Shown here in pieces: positions 8,601-17,077 of a stretch of DNA of 52,949 nt. The position numbers and the translations under genes were made by a program. The notes beneath the pieces are model-generated. The model was given only the letters and a program-made list of their open reading frames with translations. It made no database searches and had not been told where the DNA came from. The stretch's first letter is position 1; every line of letters begins with the position of its first letter. The DNA is taken from positions 1 to 52,949 of the forward strand of contig CAYFOE010000005.1 of assembly GCA_964344635.1 (NCBI GenBank), given 5' to 3'. The DNA comes from Candidatus Woesearchaeota archaeon (lineage in GTDB: Archaea > Nanobdellota > Nanobdellia > SCGC-AAA011-G17 > UBA489).

Positions 8601-11563
8601 TCAATAGTCTCCTGATCGAAACTTGATTTTAATTCAGTCCTCATCAAATCTTTCGAAACCAATTCTCCTACAAATACCTGATTATCTTCAGGAAGATAAC
8701 TTGAAGCTTGTTGCCTTTCCAATTCTTGAACTACCTGAGATGCAGGATACTTTATCTTCAAATCAGACAGCATTTCAGCATTACTATTTGCAACCTCTAA
8801 CCTAACCTTCGCTTCTTCCTCATGCGTTAATACTTTTCCAGTCTGATACTTCTCAACAGCAAAATCATAATTTGACTTTTCTTGATACCTTGCAAATGCC
8901 GTAACATACTTTTCAGTGTTCGAGGCTGAGGAATTTTGCAACATCTGTTTCTGCAAATAAGCTAAATCTTCTAACTCTACCCTATTCTCTTCATCTTTTT
9001 CAAATGCACTTAATTCCCCCTCATAACTATCTTGAGATGCATAATCAAATGACTCTTCAGTTCTCTCTAAAATAGAATCATAAGAATCCTGTCTAGCAAA
9101 CACACATTCATCCATCGAATAACCTTTTTCATCACACCATTCCCCATTTTCTTCCCAGAACATCTTAGAAGCCTCATCTTTTGCACGACCTCCACCTGCC
9201 CCAGCAGCTGCCTTGAGGAAATTCCATGCCGCAATTGAAGTGTAAACTCCAAAACAGAACTTCTTCCAAGCCTCATGAATCTGCCCCACCTTATACAAGG
9301 TATCATCCAGCTTAGCAATCAATTTTTCAGTCTTATCAATTTCTGATTCAATTGAGTCAGAGAAAAGAGGAAGATCAAAAGCTCTCTTTTCAATAGGAAT
9401 ATGCAAATTAAATCTTGCAGCACTGAATGCTTTTTCAATATTCGGAGATACAATTATATGTGCTTCATTATGGAGCTCAACACCATCCAAGATTACTGTT
9501 TGAGTGAAACTTCTTTCTTTGTCTTTTAAGGTAATTATCGAACCATCTTTGTCATCTAAATTCACTTTAACCCTACTAAGTGACCGATCTGAAGGAGTCA
9601 AGGTTATTTGATCTGGTTCTATACCGCTTACAATCCACCGAACCGTACTACTCGAAGCTACAGGAAGAGGAAGTCCCTCTCTTAATTCATGGCTTTCAAA
9701 TTTAGAAGGCACACTAGGATTTGAAATCCTTATCTTTGCATTTGAAGCCTGAGCATCAATTTGGCTTTGGGCCAAGCTTGAACTATCAATCGCAACCGTA
9801 ACCAATTCTCCAGACTTTTCAATAATATCTATTTCTGCCCTAAGCCCTCCCTGTTCAGGATTTTTCAAGAACGCAGTTAAAACCTTAATCCTATTCTCTA
9901 TTTTTTCAGGACCAATTATTGTCTTTGCAATATTCTTTTCTTCATCATCGTAATTATTGTAAATAGTAAGTAAATTCTTATACTCCCTAATTGCCAATGA
10001 AGGATTCCTCAATTTAGTTTGGTAAATCACTGCACTATTGTACTGTGCATGGAAATCTGCAATCGAAGTCTTTCCAGAAGGAGACCTAGTATAATTTACT
10101 AAATCTCCATTTTTGTAACTTGAAACTATTTTTTGATATTCATTTATTGCCAGTTGATATATTTCTTCCGCAGTCTGATTTATTTGAGAAATACCCTGAG
10201 ATATTGGAGCAGAACTATAAGCATTCCAATACTCATTCGAGAATTTATTTAATTCAGCACGCGCCAATAAATCAACAGATTCATAAGACCTATCAGAGAC
10301 TAAGTTTTCTGAAGACTTTGTAAAGATCTCAGCCAGCAATGATTGAATTGCATCAGCCGATTCTTTGGGAAAAACCTCAGGATTCTTGTAGAACTCCCGA
10401 GTACAAGAAGTTACACTATTAAGTGCATTAAGTAATTGAGTTGCATCCCTCGCATTTGCAAGATTAGTTTCTGCAGCCTTTAGCGTCGCAGAGATGATTC
10501 TTTCCCCGCACAGTATAACCTCTGCCGAATCCGAGAGAGTTTCAGTAGGAATATCTTCAAAGTCAATATCTGTAGATTCTGGAAGCACTAAAGGAAAGTG
10601 TGCAGTTTGAGTTCTTCCACTAGGTGCAAGGAACTCAGCATAAACAAAATCCCCCTTAGTTGAAATTCTCTTTAAAATAATACTCGACCCAGAATAGATT
10701 GATTCGCCCTCAGAAATTGTCTGAATCTCAGGTATCCCATCACGAATAACCATCAAATCCAGATTCTTACTATTCTGCTTTATATCTTTAAGATAAATAT
10801 TGAACTTATCAAATACCTGGCCAGGAGAATAAAATCTTTCCCTCCTCAAAGTTCTTGATTTCTTCCCTTCTTCAATTTTTAAATCATTAACTATCTGATT
10901 CCTGTTCGAATCATAAATGTCAAAAATTGCATAATCATCACTTATTTCTTCTGCCTCAATTATTATGTTAAGATATTGTTGGTTTTCATAAGACCCCTTA
11001 CCCTTCTCTTTGATAATCATACTTGTAGGACTTGCACCTAAACCAGACGAAACATCAAATAAAACCCTTGAATCAATCTCCACAATTATTTCTTCCGGCA
11101 CCCTTGATTCTTGAGGTATCCTTGCAATTGGCAAAACCAAATAACCCATATTATCATATGAAATTGTCCGGTCCTGGTTCCTAAAATATCTTGGCCTTCC
11201 AACCTTTATAGGAAGTCCCTCAGGAACCGTATGCACATTATAAGAAATTATATCTACATCGTTAATCTTAGGGATGGTGATTGAAGGATTACTCGGCGTA
11301 CCCTTTAGAACAGCATAAACATTCGCTCCCTGATCTTCTAAAGTACCAGTCCTAAGAATCGGAGGTTGGTATTCCCCCACATTAATGATAATGTCCTCCC
11401 CAATTATATCATCTATTCCCGGAGGCTCCGTTAATCGCCTCTCAATCTCTGAACCCACATTATATACCTGGTCTCTTGAATCGCTACTTACTTGCCCGGA
11501 AACTGAAAGAGGCAGAGTCAAAACTAAGAAAATCATAAACATAGTTTTTATTTTATTATTCAT
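5699..11563 (-). CDS. Giant (1954 aa) exported protein with TPR-like, coiled-coil and Cys-rich regions; function unknown
   Basis: Uninterrupted ORF; N-terminal signal peptide (MNNKIKTMFMIFLVLTLPLSVSG); Cys cluster CVNFYSPGECKLLFNACDPVLCP...ICDMIRSYYICD. Confidence 0.85.
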   Translation of the reverse strand: MNNKIKTMFMIFLVLTLPLSVSGQVSSDSRDQVYNVGSEIERRLTEPPGIDDIIGEDIIINVGEYQPPILRTGTLEDQGANVYAVLKGTPSNPSITIPKINDVDIISYNVHTVPEGLPIKVGRPRYFRNQDRTISYDNMGYLVLPIARIPQESRVPEEIIVEIDSRVLFDVSSGLGASPTSMIIKEKGKGSYENQQYLNIIIEAEEISDDYAIFDIYDSNRNQIVNDLKIEEGKKSRTLRRERFYSPGQVFDKFNIYLKDIKQNSKNLDLMVIRDGIPEIQTISEGESIYSGSSIILKRISTKGDFVYAEFLAPSGRTQTAHFPLVLPESTDIDFEDIPTETLSDSAEVILCGERIISATLKAAETNLANARDATQLLNALNSVTSCTREFYKNPEVFPKESADAIQSLLAEIFTKSSENLVSDRSYESVDLLARAELNKFSNEYWNAYSSAPISQGISQINQTAEEIYQLAINEYQKIVSSYKNGDLVNYTRSPSGKTSIADFHAQYNSAVIYQTKLRNPSLAIREYKNLLTIYNNYDDEEKNIAKTIIGPEKIENRIKVLTAFLKNPEQGGLRAEIDIIEKSGELVTVAIDSSSLAQSQIDAQASNAKIRISNPSVPSKFESHELREGLPLPVASSSTVRWIVSGIEPDQITLTPSDRSLSRVKVNLDDKDGSIITLKDKERSFTQTVILDGVELHNEAHIIVSPNIEKAFSAARFNLHIPIEKRAFDLPLFSDSIESEIDKTEKLIAKLDDTLYKVGQIHEAWKKFCFGVYTSIAAWNFLKAAAGAGGGRAKDEASKMFWEENGEWCDEKGYSMDECVFARQDSYDSILERTEESFDYASQDSYEGELSAFEKDEENRVELEDLAYLQKQMLQNSSASNTEKYVTAFARYQEKSNYDFAVEKYQTGKVLTHEEEAKVRLEVANSNAEMLSDLKIKYPASQVVQELERQQASSYLPEDNQVFVGELVSKDLMRTELKSSFDQETIDNAKHVYVSPAGGLIFFDDNRVGAKSVHSPDGKEYTLSETTVVQRFEHNSIVTFYSEGPNKGKIHRMSTDALRYVEIDYTSSGRMKEPVVFQRSAPNSPIVGDSSESMVGTGGLREVISTDRDEGRDTSNLNKVESCVGSFNKAKASNRDRVICNGISYAVKKDAVLKGPACVNFYSPGECKLLFNACDPVLCPSSRFDLNGVWRVDNVVETGIIGSTILGLHNFGIPGTGIGTEAGSVVMPVCITGIYAGLKNIQTVLMEYSDCLKRSLVDDESVGICDMIRSYYICDVLWKEAIAIFNIKSGVVGSILKKIHNDEGSEYSDFSASMDQTINGLKYFTQDYAKNTFAQFSGGALPEIGGEICKAAVFGKVPGVGSFTDRLLQPESPPQFTAIMDTVPYSDIPFPPQSTYQVYYRMYAGANEPISFSVYLRYQGLEPNSHMPAVWLVRNKRLNPDQFDAETIDFTAQDGYNQVCVAYTSPTYGTQEECGFGKTSTGFGLEYLSNKVAQLDSQERGITTAEECNPSGSSLTTPYSSVAGKTASLAVGGFASGLTETGITRVCSSYAPGDEADWQPVGECWEEEGEKGRYLGACWMHMPSAKNIVAEHAVNQEAYWEEVQGEAPTLSSDIVQSINEYAKNIGIRTLYITPEDINNALEKINKAKSESRYSDAADVYADLIDNGLFTEEARTIELRFELAELYETWALSLERNKAMQEQSKASEGSGQSTEERADTQVRSEKVWSEVVVGDKIAGITSPERYYTVLELLDTGKSDLVYLVLEKEDGTNFTIYNPAQSTLSSSSWMLVNQDEFAEHRRILESYEEYLSQLTDLNDALDSLNSELESFVGVQDYLDAEEYFYTAIGELNDIRTEFPNDKVFRKLLYDVEFSAREYSSKAEIIKSDVPLEDYKNLQDMLNFAVTESSNLRNGIYRYEFPLEEDQLHGSVSMFLDDLLDKFNMVDVILKIRSGL

Positions 11564-11564
11564 T

Positions 11565-13544
11565 TTATTCGAATGTAGGCTTCCTTGTTTTTTTACTATT
11601 TTCTGCTTGGTCGTTGTAAGAGTTAGTCAATTCTTCCATGGTACTAGGAGTCTTTCCCCTATACGCATAAAGCGTTATTTCACCAGATGTTGAAAGAGCC
11701 CTCCGATCCACCGACCAAGATATCGAACTCCCACCTGCAACTACAGACTCAAGCTCCATTGCATCCAGTTCTTGAATCGTACATTTCTTTTCCGTTAAAC
11801 CGATCAAACCCGCTAACCCTCTCTTTGGTGCATCTGAACAAACTTCAACATTCCTTGAAGGAAAATTAAAACCACCCTCCGTTTCAACCAACACTGTCGA
11901 AGTTATTATGTAATCCCCTGCAATTAACCTTAACGGTTCCTCCGAAGGATAATAATAAGACGTGAAATAATCTTGATCCTTGTTTTCAAATTGGAACAGT
12001 ATGCTTTCTGTGTCATAAGGACTTCTTAATGATCCTTCATCCTCAACGATTATCTTAACAGGCAAATCGTAATAAGGTTCTAAAGGAATGTTGATCAAAG
12101 CATCCTCATTAGTGTTAGTTTCAATACTTCCAGGATGGTAACCTTGTTTAGTTGCAGTGATTTCTCCACCAATACATTCAGGGAATTGAGTTGTCAAAGA
12201 GTAAACACCATTCTCCAATCTCGTCTTTCCAATCGAACATTCAGAAAATACACAACTTAGTGAAATCTCAGCATCACCTAAAGGCGAAGTTGTACCGCTA
12301 GTAGTCAATCCCTGAGCAGTAACCTTTATCGTAGGTCCAGTCCTCCCACAAATATTAACATCATCATCAAAAATTGGAACTTGAACTTGGTTCTTCCTTG
12401 CTTGATTATTATCTATTATTGCCACAAAAGGAAATTGGAAAGTGAAATCATTTTCTGTTAGCGTAACTAATACTGGATACTTAATATCATATACGAAATG
12501 ATAATCATTTAAGCAGAATAAAGGAAGCAGGAATTTAGCTGCCTCATTCTCCGTAGTGAAAGGCCTCCCTCTTAACACTTCAGAGTTTGTTCCAATTACA
12601 TCCACCATCATCGGCCAGTCAGGCGAGTAAACCATTGAAACAGTCAAATCTTTTTCTGACCCAGATAATGCATCATGAATTAATTGCTCATTCCTCTTAT
12701 CATTCAATCTAAAGTCCGTTCCTTGAATTTTCAATAAAGGAATGTTTAATGCAAAAATTGACTTTAGGTCTTGGATTACCTGTGATTTTAGCCAAGTCCT
12801 AGGGGTGCAATCGAAATCTACACCCGAAAAAGGAATGTTGTCATAAACTATCATATTCTCTAATGAGAAGTTTTCTACGAATCCAGTTTGAATTTCATAA
12901 TTATAAATTTCAAGTGCATTTTTGTACATCTTCCCTAAAGGAACATCTATTTCTGCGTTGAATGATTTGAAGGTTTGAGTAGTTTCCTTAAATGTAACCT
13001 GGAGGTTCATCTCAGCACTTGCTAGAACTGTTTTATCCCCTATGTCTACGCTGATTCTAGGTTCATTATAATCAATAGTGTATCCTTCCGTAATGAAAAC
13101 TGAAAAATCATTAAGGCAATTCTCAAGATTTTCTTTTGTGTAACCTCTAAGTTCAACTTCCATAGATTCTATTGTCGGCACATACGTCCTTTCAATATTG
13201 TTAGGGGTTAGGAAATGCCAATAAGAAATTTTTAGTCCTGCATCCCCGAAGATGCTTAGCTCACTGGATAAAGGATTGTAAGCAGTTGCTTGGAATTCTC
13301 CCTCGATAGGAGAAAGATGACCACCTCTCATCCCCAGTTCCGTAACTCCTTCTTCCAGTGTTTCGCTAAGACAACTTTGAGCGTAAGATTGAACCTTTCC
13401 AATTTGAGTTGACAAAGGTTGTTCAGATAAAGGTTTTTTACCTAAGTTACTAAATATTTCTTCCCGGAAATAAATTCCGGTGATAACTATACTAGCTATT
13501 ACCAAACCTAGAATTACAAATGTTGTAGCTTGGCCCCTTTTCAT
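11565..13544 (-). CDS. Large protein with class III (type IV prepilin-like) signal peptide
   Basis: MKRGQ-ATTFVILGLVIASIVITGIYF matches the archaeal prepilin-peptidase motif; beta-rich C-terminal part (ITATKQGYHP). Confidence 0.8.
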   Translation of the reverse strand: MKRGQATTFVILGLVIASIVITGIYFREEIFSNLGKKPLSEQPLSTQIGKVQSYAQSCLSETLEEGVTELGMRGGHLSPIEGEFQATAYNPLSSELSIFGDAGLKISYWHFLTPNNIERTYVPTIESMEVELRGYTKENLENCLNDFSVFITEGYTIDYNEPRISVDIGDKTVLASAEMNLQVTFKETTQTFKSFNAEIDVPLGKMYKNALEIYNYEIQTGFVENFSLENMIVYDNIPFSGVDFDCTPRTWLKSQVIQDLKSIFALNIPLLKIQGTDFRLNDKRNEQLIHDALSGSEKDLTVSMVYSPDWPMMVDVIGTNSEVLRGRPFTTENEAAKFLLPLFCLNDYHFVYDIKYPVLVTLTENDFTFQFPFVAIIDNNQARKNQVQVPIFDDDVNICGRTGPTIKVTAQGLTTSGTTSPLGDAEISLSCVFSECSIGKTRLENGVYSLTTQFPECIGGEITATKQGYHPGSIETNTNEDALINIPLEPYYDLPVKIIVEDEGSLRSPYDTESILFQFENKDQDYFTSYYYPSEEPLRLIAGDYIITSTVLVETEGGFNFPSRNVEVCSDAPKRGLAGLIGLTEKKCTIQELDAMELESVVAGGSSISWSVDRRALSTSGEITLYAYRGKTPSTMEELTNSYNDQAENSKKTRKPTFE

Positions 13545-13753
13545 TTTAAGAGAACTATCTTAGATCCTCCTAATTTTTTAACTTTGAGAATTTTCTTTTT
13601 TTCTAAAGAAGAAATTAAATCTGAAACCGTAGTGTTCTGAATTTCGAAATGTTTAGCAATCATTCTAAAATTAACAAGACCCTTTCTCTTGATGAATGAT
13701 ATCAATTCTTTTTCTGTGGGAAACACTTTTTTAAACCCCTTAAGTTTAATCAA
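13541..13753 (-). CDS. Small winged-helix DNA-binding protein
   Basis: LISFIKRKGLVNFRMIAKHFEIQNTTVSDLISSLEKKKILKVKKLGGSKIV; TTG start with TTTTAAAA about 25 nt upstream; ATGA overlap with downstream gene. Confidence 0.75.
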   Translation of the reverse strand: MIKLKGFKKVFPTEKELISFIKRKGLVNFRMIAKHFEIQNTTVSDLISSLEKKKILKVKKLGGSKIVLLK

Positions 13754-13841
13754 AGGTCAAAAAAGCCTTTGTTTGATTTTAAAAGCTTTTTAACACTTAT
13801 TTGTTTAAATAATTGATATATAAATGTTTGGTAGAAAACAA

Positions 13842-13913
13842 TGAGCCCGGCAGGAATTGAACCTGCGACCTCTTCCAAGTCAGGGAAACGTCATACCACT
13901 AGACCACGGGCTC
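13842..13913 (-). tRNA. tRNA-Val(GAC)
   Basis: Reverse complement GAGCCCG...TTTCC-CT GAC TT-GGAAG...GGTTCAATTCC..CGGGCTC-A folds as a cloverleaf. Confidence 0.9.
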
Positions 13914-13920
13914 GGAAAAA

Positions 13921-13992
13921 AGCCACCGAGGGGATTTGAACCCCCAACCTTCTGCTTACAAGGCAGATGCTCTACCGTTGAGCCACGGTGGC
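13921..13992 (-). tRNA. tRNA-Thr(TGT)
   Basis: GCCACCG acceptor; TCTGC-CT TGT AA-GCAGA; GTTCAAATC T-loop. Confidence 0.95.
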
Positions 13993-14041
13993 GCTGTAGC
14001 TAGGTGCTGATTAAATCTTTTAAAAACATTTCTAAGAAGAA

Positions 14042-14146
14042 CTATCTATTAGCCTTACGCTTTCTCTTCTCTTTATTCATTCTTTTACGTTGCCATTTCC
14101 AACGCATTTGGTGCCTTTTCTTCCACCTTTTAGAGCTTCTTTTCAT
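14042..14146 (-). CDS. rpl41e: Ribosomal protein eL41 (eS32), 34 aa, not in ORF track
   Basis: Manual translation MKRSSKRWKKRHQMRWKWQRKRMNKEKRKRKANR contains the MRWKW.RKRM L41e signature; lies upstream of the Thr and Val tRNAs. Confidence 0.85.
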   Translation of the reverse strand: MKRSSKRWKKRHQMRWKWQRKRMNKEKRKRKANR

Positions 14147-14231
14147 GTGTATCGTAGAACTAGAAATCGGCTTTTAAACCTTTTGGTAGTTGTTTCATTA
14201 GGTTTTTATAGGCCCAACCATTAGTATTAAG

Positions 14232-14597
14232 ATGGCACTTTTATGGATTCTACTAGCAATATTGCTCATAATTGTATCTATCCTATGCAAGATTAAGTCC
14301 GAAGAAGTCAAACGATTAAAAGAAGAGTTAGAAAATATAAGATTCTCACATAAATCCAATGTCGTGAAACACGGAAAATCATTCGAACAACTATTTCCCT
14401 ACATGAAAAATTATCCCTATGACCCTTGCAATTTTAGATTCTTAGGATCTCCCATTGACGGAGTAAGTTTCGAAGATGACGAAATAGTTTTTGTTGAATT
14501 CAAAACAGGAAGTTCCAAACTTAGTTCCAAACAAAAAATAATCAGAGACCTAATTAATTCTAAAAAAATAAAATGGAAAGAAATCCGTGATAAATAA
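14232..14597 (+). CDS. Holliday-junction-resolvase-like endonuclease (Endonuc_Holl) with N-terminal TM
   Basis: G...EQL.PY...YPY.P..FRFLGSPID.V.F...IVFVEFKTG.SKLS..Q..IR. Confidence 0.85.
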   Translation: MALLWILLAILLIIVSILCKIKSEEVKRLKEELENIRFSHKSNVVKHGKSFEQLFPYMKNYPYDPCNFRFLGSPIDGVSFEDDEIVFVEFKTGSSKLSSKQKIIRDLINSKKIKWKEIRDK

Positions 14598-14611
14598 AAA
14601 AAGATGAAGAA

Positions 14612-15028
14612 TTATTTCTTCATCATAAGACCCCAAAGACCCAAAATAACCAGTAAGATACCAATTACTTTTTGCATCATTAGAGTCGGCTTAGCAAGTA
14701 AAAGAATAATACCAGCAACACCCACTATCAAGATAGATAAGTGCATAGCAGCTAATTCTTGATCTCTTGAAACTCTACTTCTAGAAGGTGTAGACGCCCT
14801 TGCGCTTGGTGCCTTTCTAGCAGGAGCTCTTCTAACTGCTCTTTTTGCTGTAGTTCTCCTTGCGGTAGACTTTCTAGCTGTTGACCTTCTTGCGGTAGAC
14901 TTTCTAGCAGTGGAACGTCTTGCAGACTTCCTTGCTGTAGTTCTTCTCGCAGTGGATCTTCTAGCTGTAGAACGTCTTGCAGAAGATTTTCTTGTACTCT
15001 TTCTTGCTGTTTTTTTTCTTGCAGCCAT
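14612..15028 (-). CDS. Histone-H1/Hc2-like basic repeat protein with C-terminal two-TM membrane anchor
   Basis: About ten [ST]AR[RK][ST]-type pentapeptides, then two hydrophobic helices; SD GAGGTGA 5 nt before ATG 15028 (the track's 15037 start lies inside the SD). Confidence 0.8.
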   Translation of the reverse strand: MAARKKTARKSTRKSSARRSTARRSTARRTTARKSARRSTARKSTARRSTARKSTARRTTAKRAVRRAPARKAPSARASTPSRSRVSRDQELAAMHLSILIVGVAGIILLLAKPTLMMQKVIGILLVILGLWGLMMKK

Positions 15029-15137
15029 GTAATTCACCTCATATAATCATGAATATAATAAGATAAATTTGCTTTAAAGACTATATAAATGTTTTTTATT
15101 TTTTTGAGTGGTTAATAAATTGAAAAATAAAAGAATA

Positions 15138-15212
15138 CGCTCCCGCCGGGATTCGAACCCGGGTCCCCGGCTCGAAAAGCCGGAATGATTGACCGGACTA
15201 CACTACAGGAGC
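15138..15212 (-). tRNA. tRNA-Glu(TTC)
   Basis: GCTCCTG acceptor; CCGGC-TT TTC GA-GCCGG; GTTCGAATC. Confidence 0.95.
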
Positions 15213-15266
15213 GAGTCTAATTTTTTTCCGAATTAAGCATTTTTAAACTTAACTAAATGAGTAAAA

Positions 15267-15381
15267 TGAGCCCGAGGAGATTTGAACTCCCGACCTCCAG
15301 CTTTCTTAGAGCTTATATCCCCTTCTAAACGAAGAGACGTCATATAAGACTGGCGCTCTAACCAGACTAAGCTACGGGCTC
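15267..15381 (-). tRNA. tRNA-Ile(TAT) with 40-nt intron at 37/38 (intron 15303-15342)
   Basis: CCAGT-CT TAT A ^intron^ A-GCTGG; BHB helix CTTA/TAAG with 3-nt bulges TA^T and AA^A; spliced length 75 nt. Confidence 0.9.
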
Positions 15382-15459
15382 ATACCTTTTGAAACCTCTC
15401 ACATATCTTTTAAAACTTTTGATGAGAAGCTTTATTAGGAAAGATTAGAGGATTTTCAT

Positions 15460-16653
15460 ATGATAATCGGAGTTGTTGGAAAACCCAATGTTGGAAAGAG
15501 CACATTTTTCAAATCTGCAACTTTAGCAGATGTCGAAATTGCAAACTATCCCTTCGCAACCATCAAGGCAAACTCAGGAATCGGTCATGTTAGAGTGGAT
15601 TGTGTAGACAGTTTTTTTCAAGCACAATGCAATCCAAGAACCGGATATTGTGTAGACCATAAAAGATTTTTAGCCGTAGAACTGATTGATGTTGCAGGAC
15701 TAGTTCCAGGTGCACATGAAGGGAAAGGCTTAGGAAATGAATTCTTGGAAGACCTGAGACCAGCCGATGCACTAATCCATGTTATAGATGCAAGCGGAGG
15801 AACAAACGATAAAGGAGAAACTGTCGAAGAAGGAAGTTATGATCCACTAAACGATGTAAGATTCTTAGAAAAAGAACTAGACATGTGGTATTTAGGAATC
15901 ATGAAAAGAGGATGGGAAAGATTTGCAAGAACCATGCAACAAGAAAAAGCTAACGTTGTTAAAACCATTGCAAAACAACTTTCAGGTTTGAGAGTTACCG
16001 AGCTTCATGTCGAAGAATCATTGAAAGAATTAAATCTGCAAGATAAAGCACCCATGAATTGGGATGAAAAAGAAATGTACGACTTTGCAACCTCATTACG
16101 AGTTAAAACAAAACCAATAGTCATCGCTGCAAACAAATCTGATAAAAAAATAGCAAAAGAAAATGTTGAAAGATTGAAAACCGAATTTCCCAACTACAAA
16201 ATAATTCCTTGTTCAGCAGACGGAGAACTAGCATTGAGAGAAGCCAGTAAACACGAAGTTATACATTATGTTCCAGGAAATTCTAATTTTAAAATGCACG
16301 AAGATAAACTAAATGAAAAACAAAAAGAAGCACTAGAATTCATCCAAAAAACAGTCTTAGATCAATTCGGAAGCACAGGAGTTCAAACAATAATCAACGA
16401 GGCAGTTTTCGGATTATTAGACTATGTTCACCTGTACCCCGGAGGAATGAACAATCTTGCAGACAAAGACGGAAATGTACTGCCCGATTGTTTTTTGATG
16501 AAAAAAGGCTCCACCGCCCTCGATTTCGCATTTAGGATCCACTCAGACATAGGAAATGGCTTCATCAAAGCAATGGACGTTAAAAAGAAACTGCCCATAG
16601 GGAAAGACCACGTTCTCGAAGACGGAGATGTTTTAGAGATTATGACCAAATAG
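15460..16653 (+). CDS. ychF: Obg-family YchF-type translation-associated NTPase
   Basis: GKPNVGKST, NYPF.TI, DVAGLVPGAH.GKGLGN, NKSD, C-terminal TGS domain. Confidence 0.92.
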   Translation: MIIGVVGKPNVGKSTFFKSATLADVEIANYPFATIKANSGIGHVRVDCVDSFFQAQCNPRTGYCVDHKRFLAVELIDVAGLVPGAHEGKGLGNEFLEDLRPADALIHVIDASGGTNDKGETVEEGSYDPLNDVRFLEKELDMWYLGIMKRGWERFARTMQQEKANVVKTIAKQLSGLRVTELHVEESLKELNLQDKAPMNWDEKEMYDFATSLRVKTKPIVIAANKSDKKIAKENVERLKTEFPNYKIIPCSADGELALREASKHEVIHYVPGNSNFKMHEDKLNEKQKEALEFIQKTVLDQFGSTGVQTIINEAVFGLLDYVHLYPGGMNNLADKDGNVLPDCFLMKKGSTALDFAFRIHSDIGNGFIKAMDVKKKLPIGKDHVLEDGDVLEIMTK

Positions 16654-16689
16654 TTAAAAATTTAAACAGAAATCTCAATATTTTCTAAC

Positions 16690-17076
16690 ATGAAACAAGT
16701 CATACTCGAGGTTAACGCCTTGGAAATGGTTAATTTTGACCCCCGCGCATTCAAGGGAAGTATGAATCTAATCTATTCTGTAGACGGTCAAAAAATTAAG
16801 AGACTGGTTAATTTTGACTTTGCAAAATCCAAAGAAAGCATAGTAAAAAGCATTTTGAACTTTGTCAAATCTCAAGGCGAACAAGAAGTTGACGAAGACG
16901 ACTTCATTGGAAGCCTATTTGTTAAAAAAATGGTCGATGAAGAAAAAGTAGAAGAAAGACTGATTAACTTTTTTGCAAAAATCAGTGAAAAAGTAAAATT
17001 AATGAGGATCGACAAAAATCATGGAAACTACATGAACATGTACCACGAAGTAAAAGGAAGTAAAATATATTTGTAA
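16690..17076 (+). CDS. Hypothetical protein
   Basis: 128 aa ORF between ychF and kae1, 1 nt from the kae1 start. Confidence 0.7.
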   Translation: MKQVILEVNALEMVNFDPRAFKGSMNLIYSVDGQKIKRLVNFDFAKSKESIVKSILNFVKSQGEQEVDEDDFIGSLFVKKMVDEEKVEERLINFFAKISEKVKLMRIDKNHGNYMNMYHEVKGSKIYL

Positions 17077-17077
17077 A

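Noticed and set aside
4810..13913. Envelope operon as an element integrated at tRNA-Leu or tRNA-Val
   Set aside because: No integrase and no duplicated tRNA 3' end (att site) visible at either boundary
14800..15025. Non-coding tandem repeat or CRISPR-like array
   Set aside because: The 15-nt periodicity is explained by the coding pentapeptide repeat
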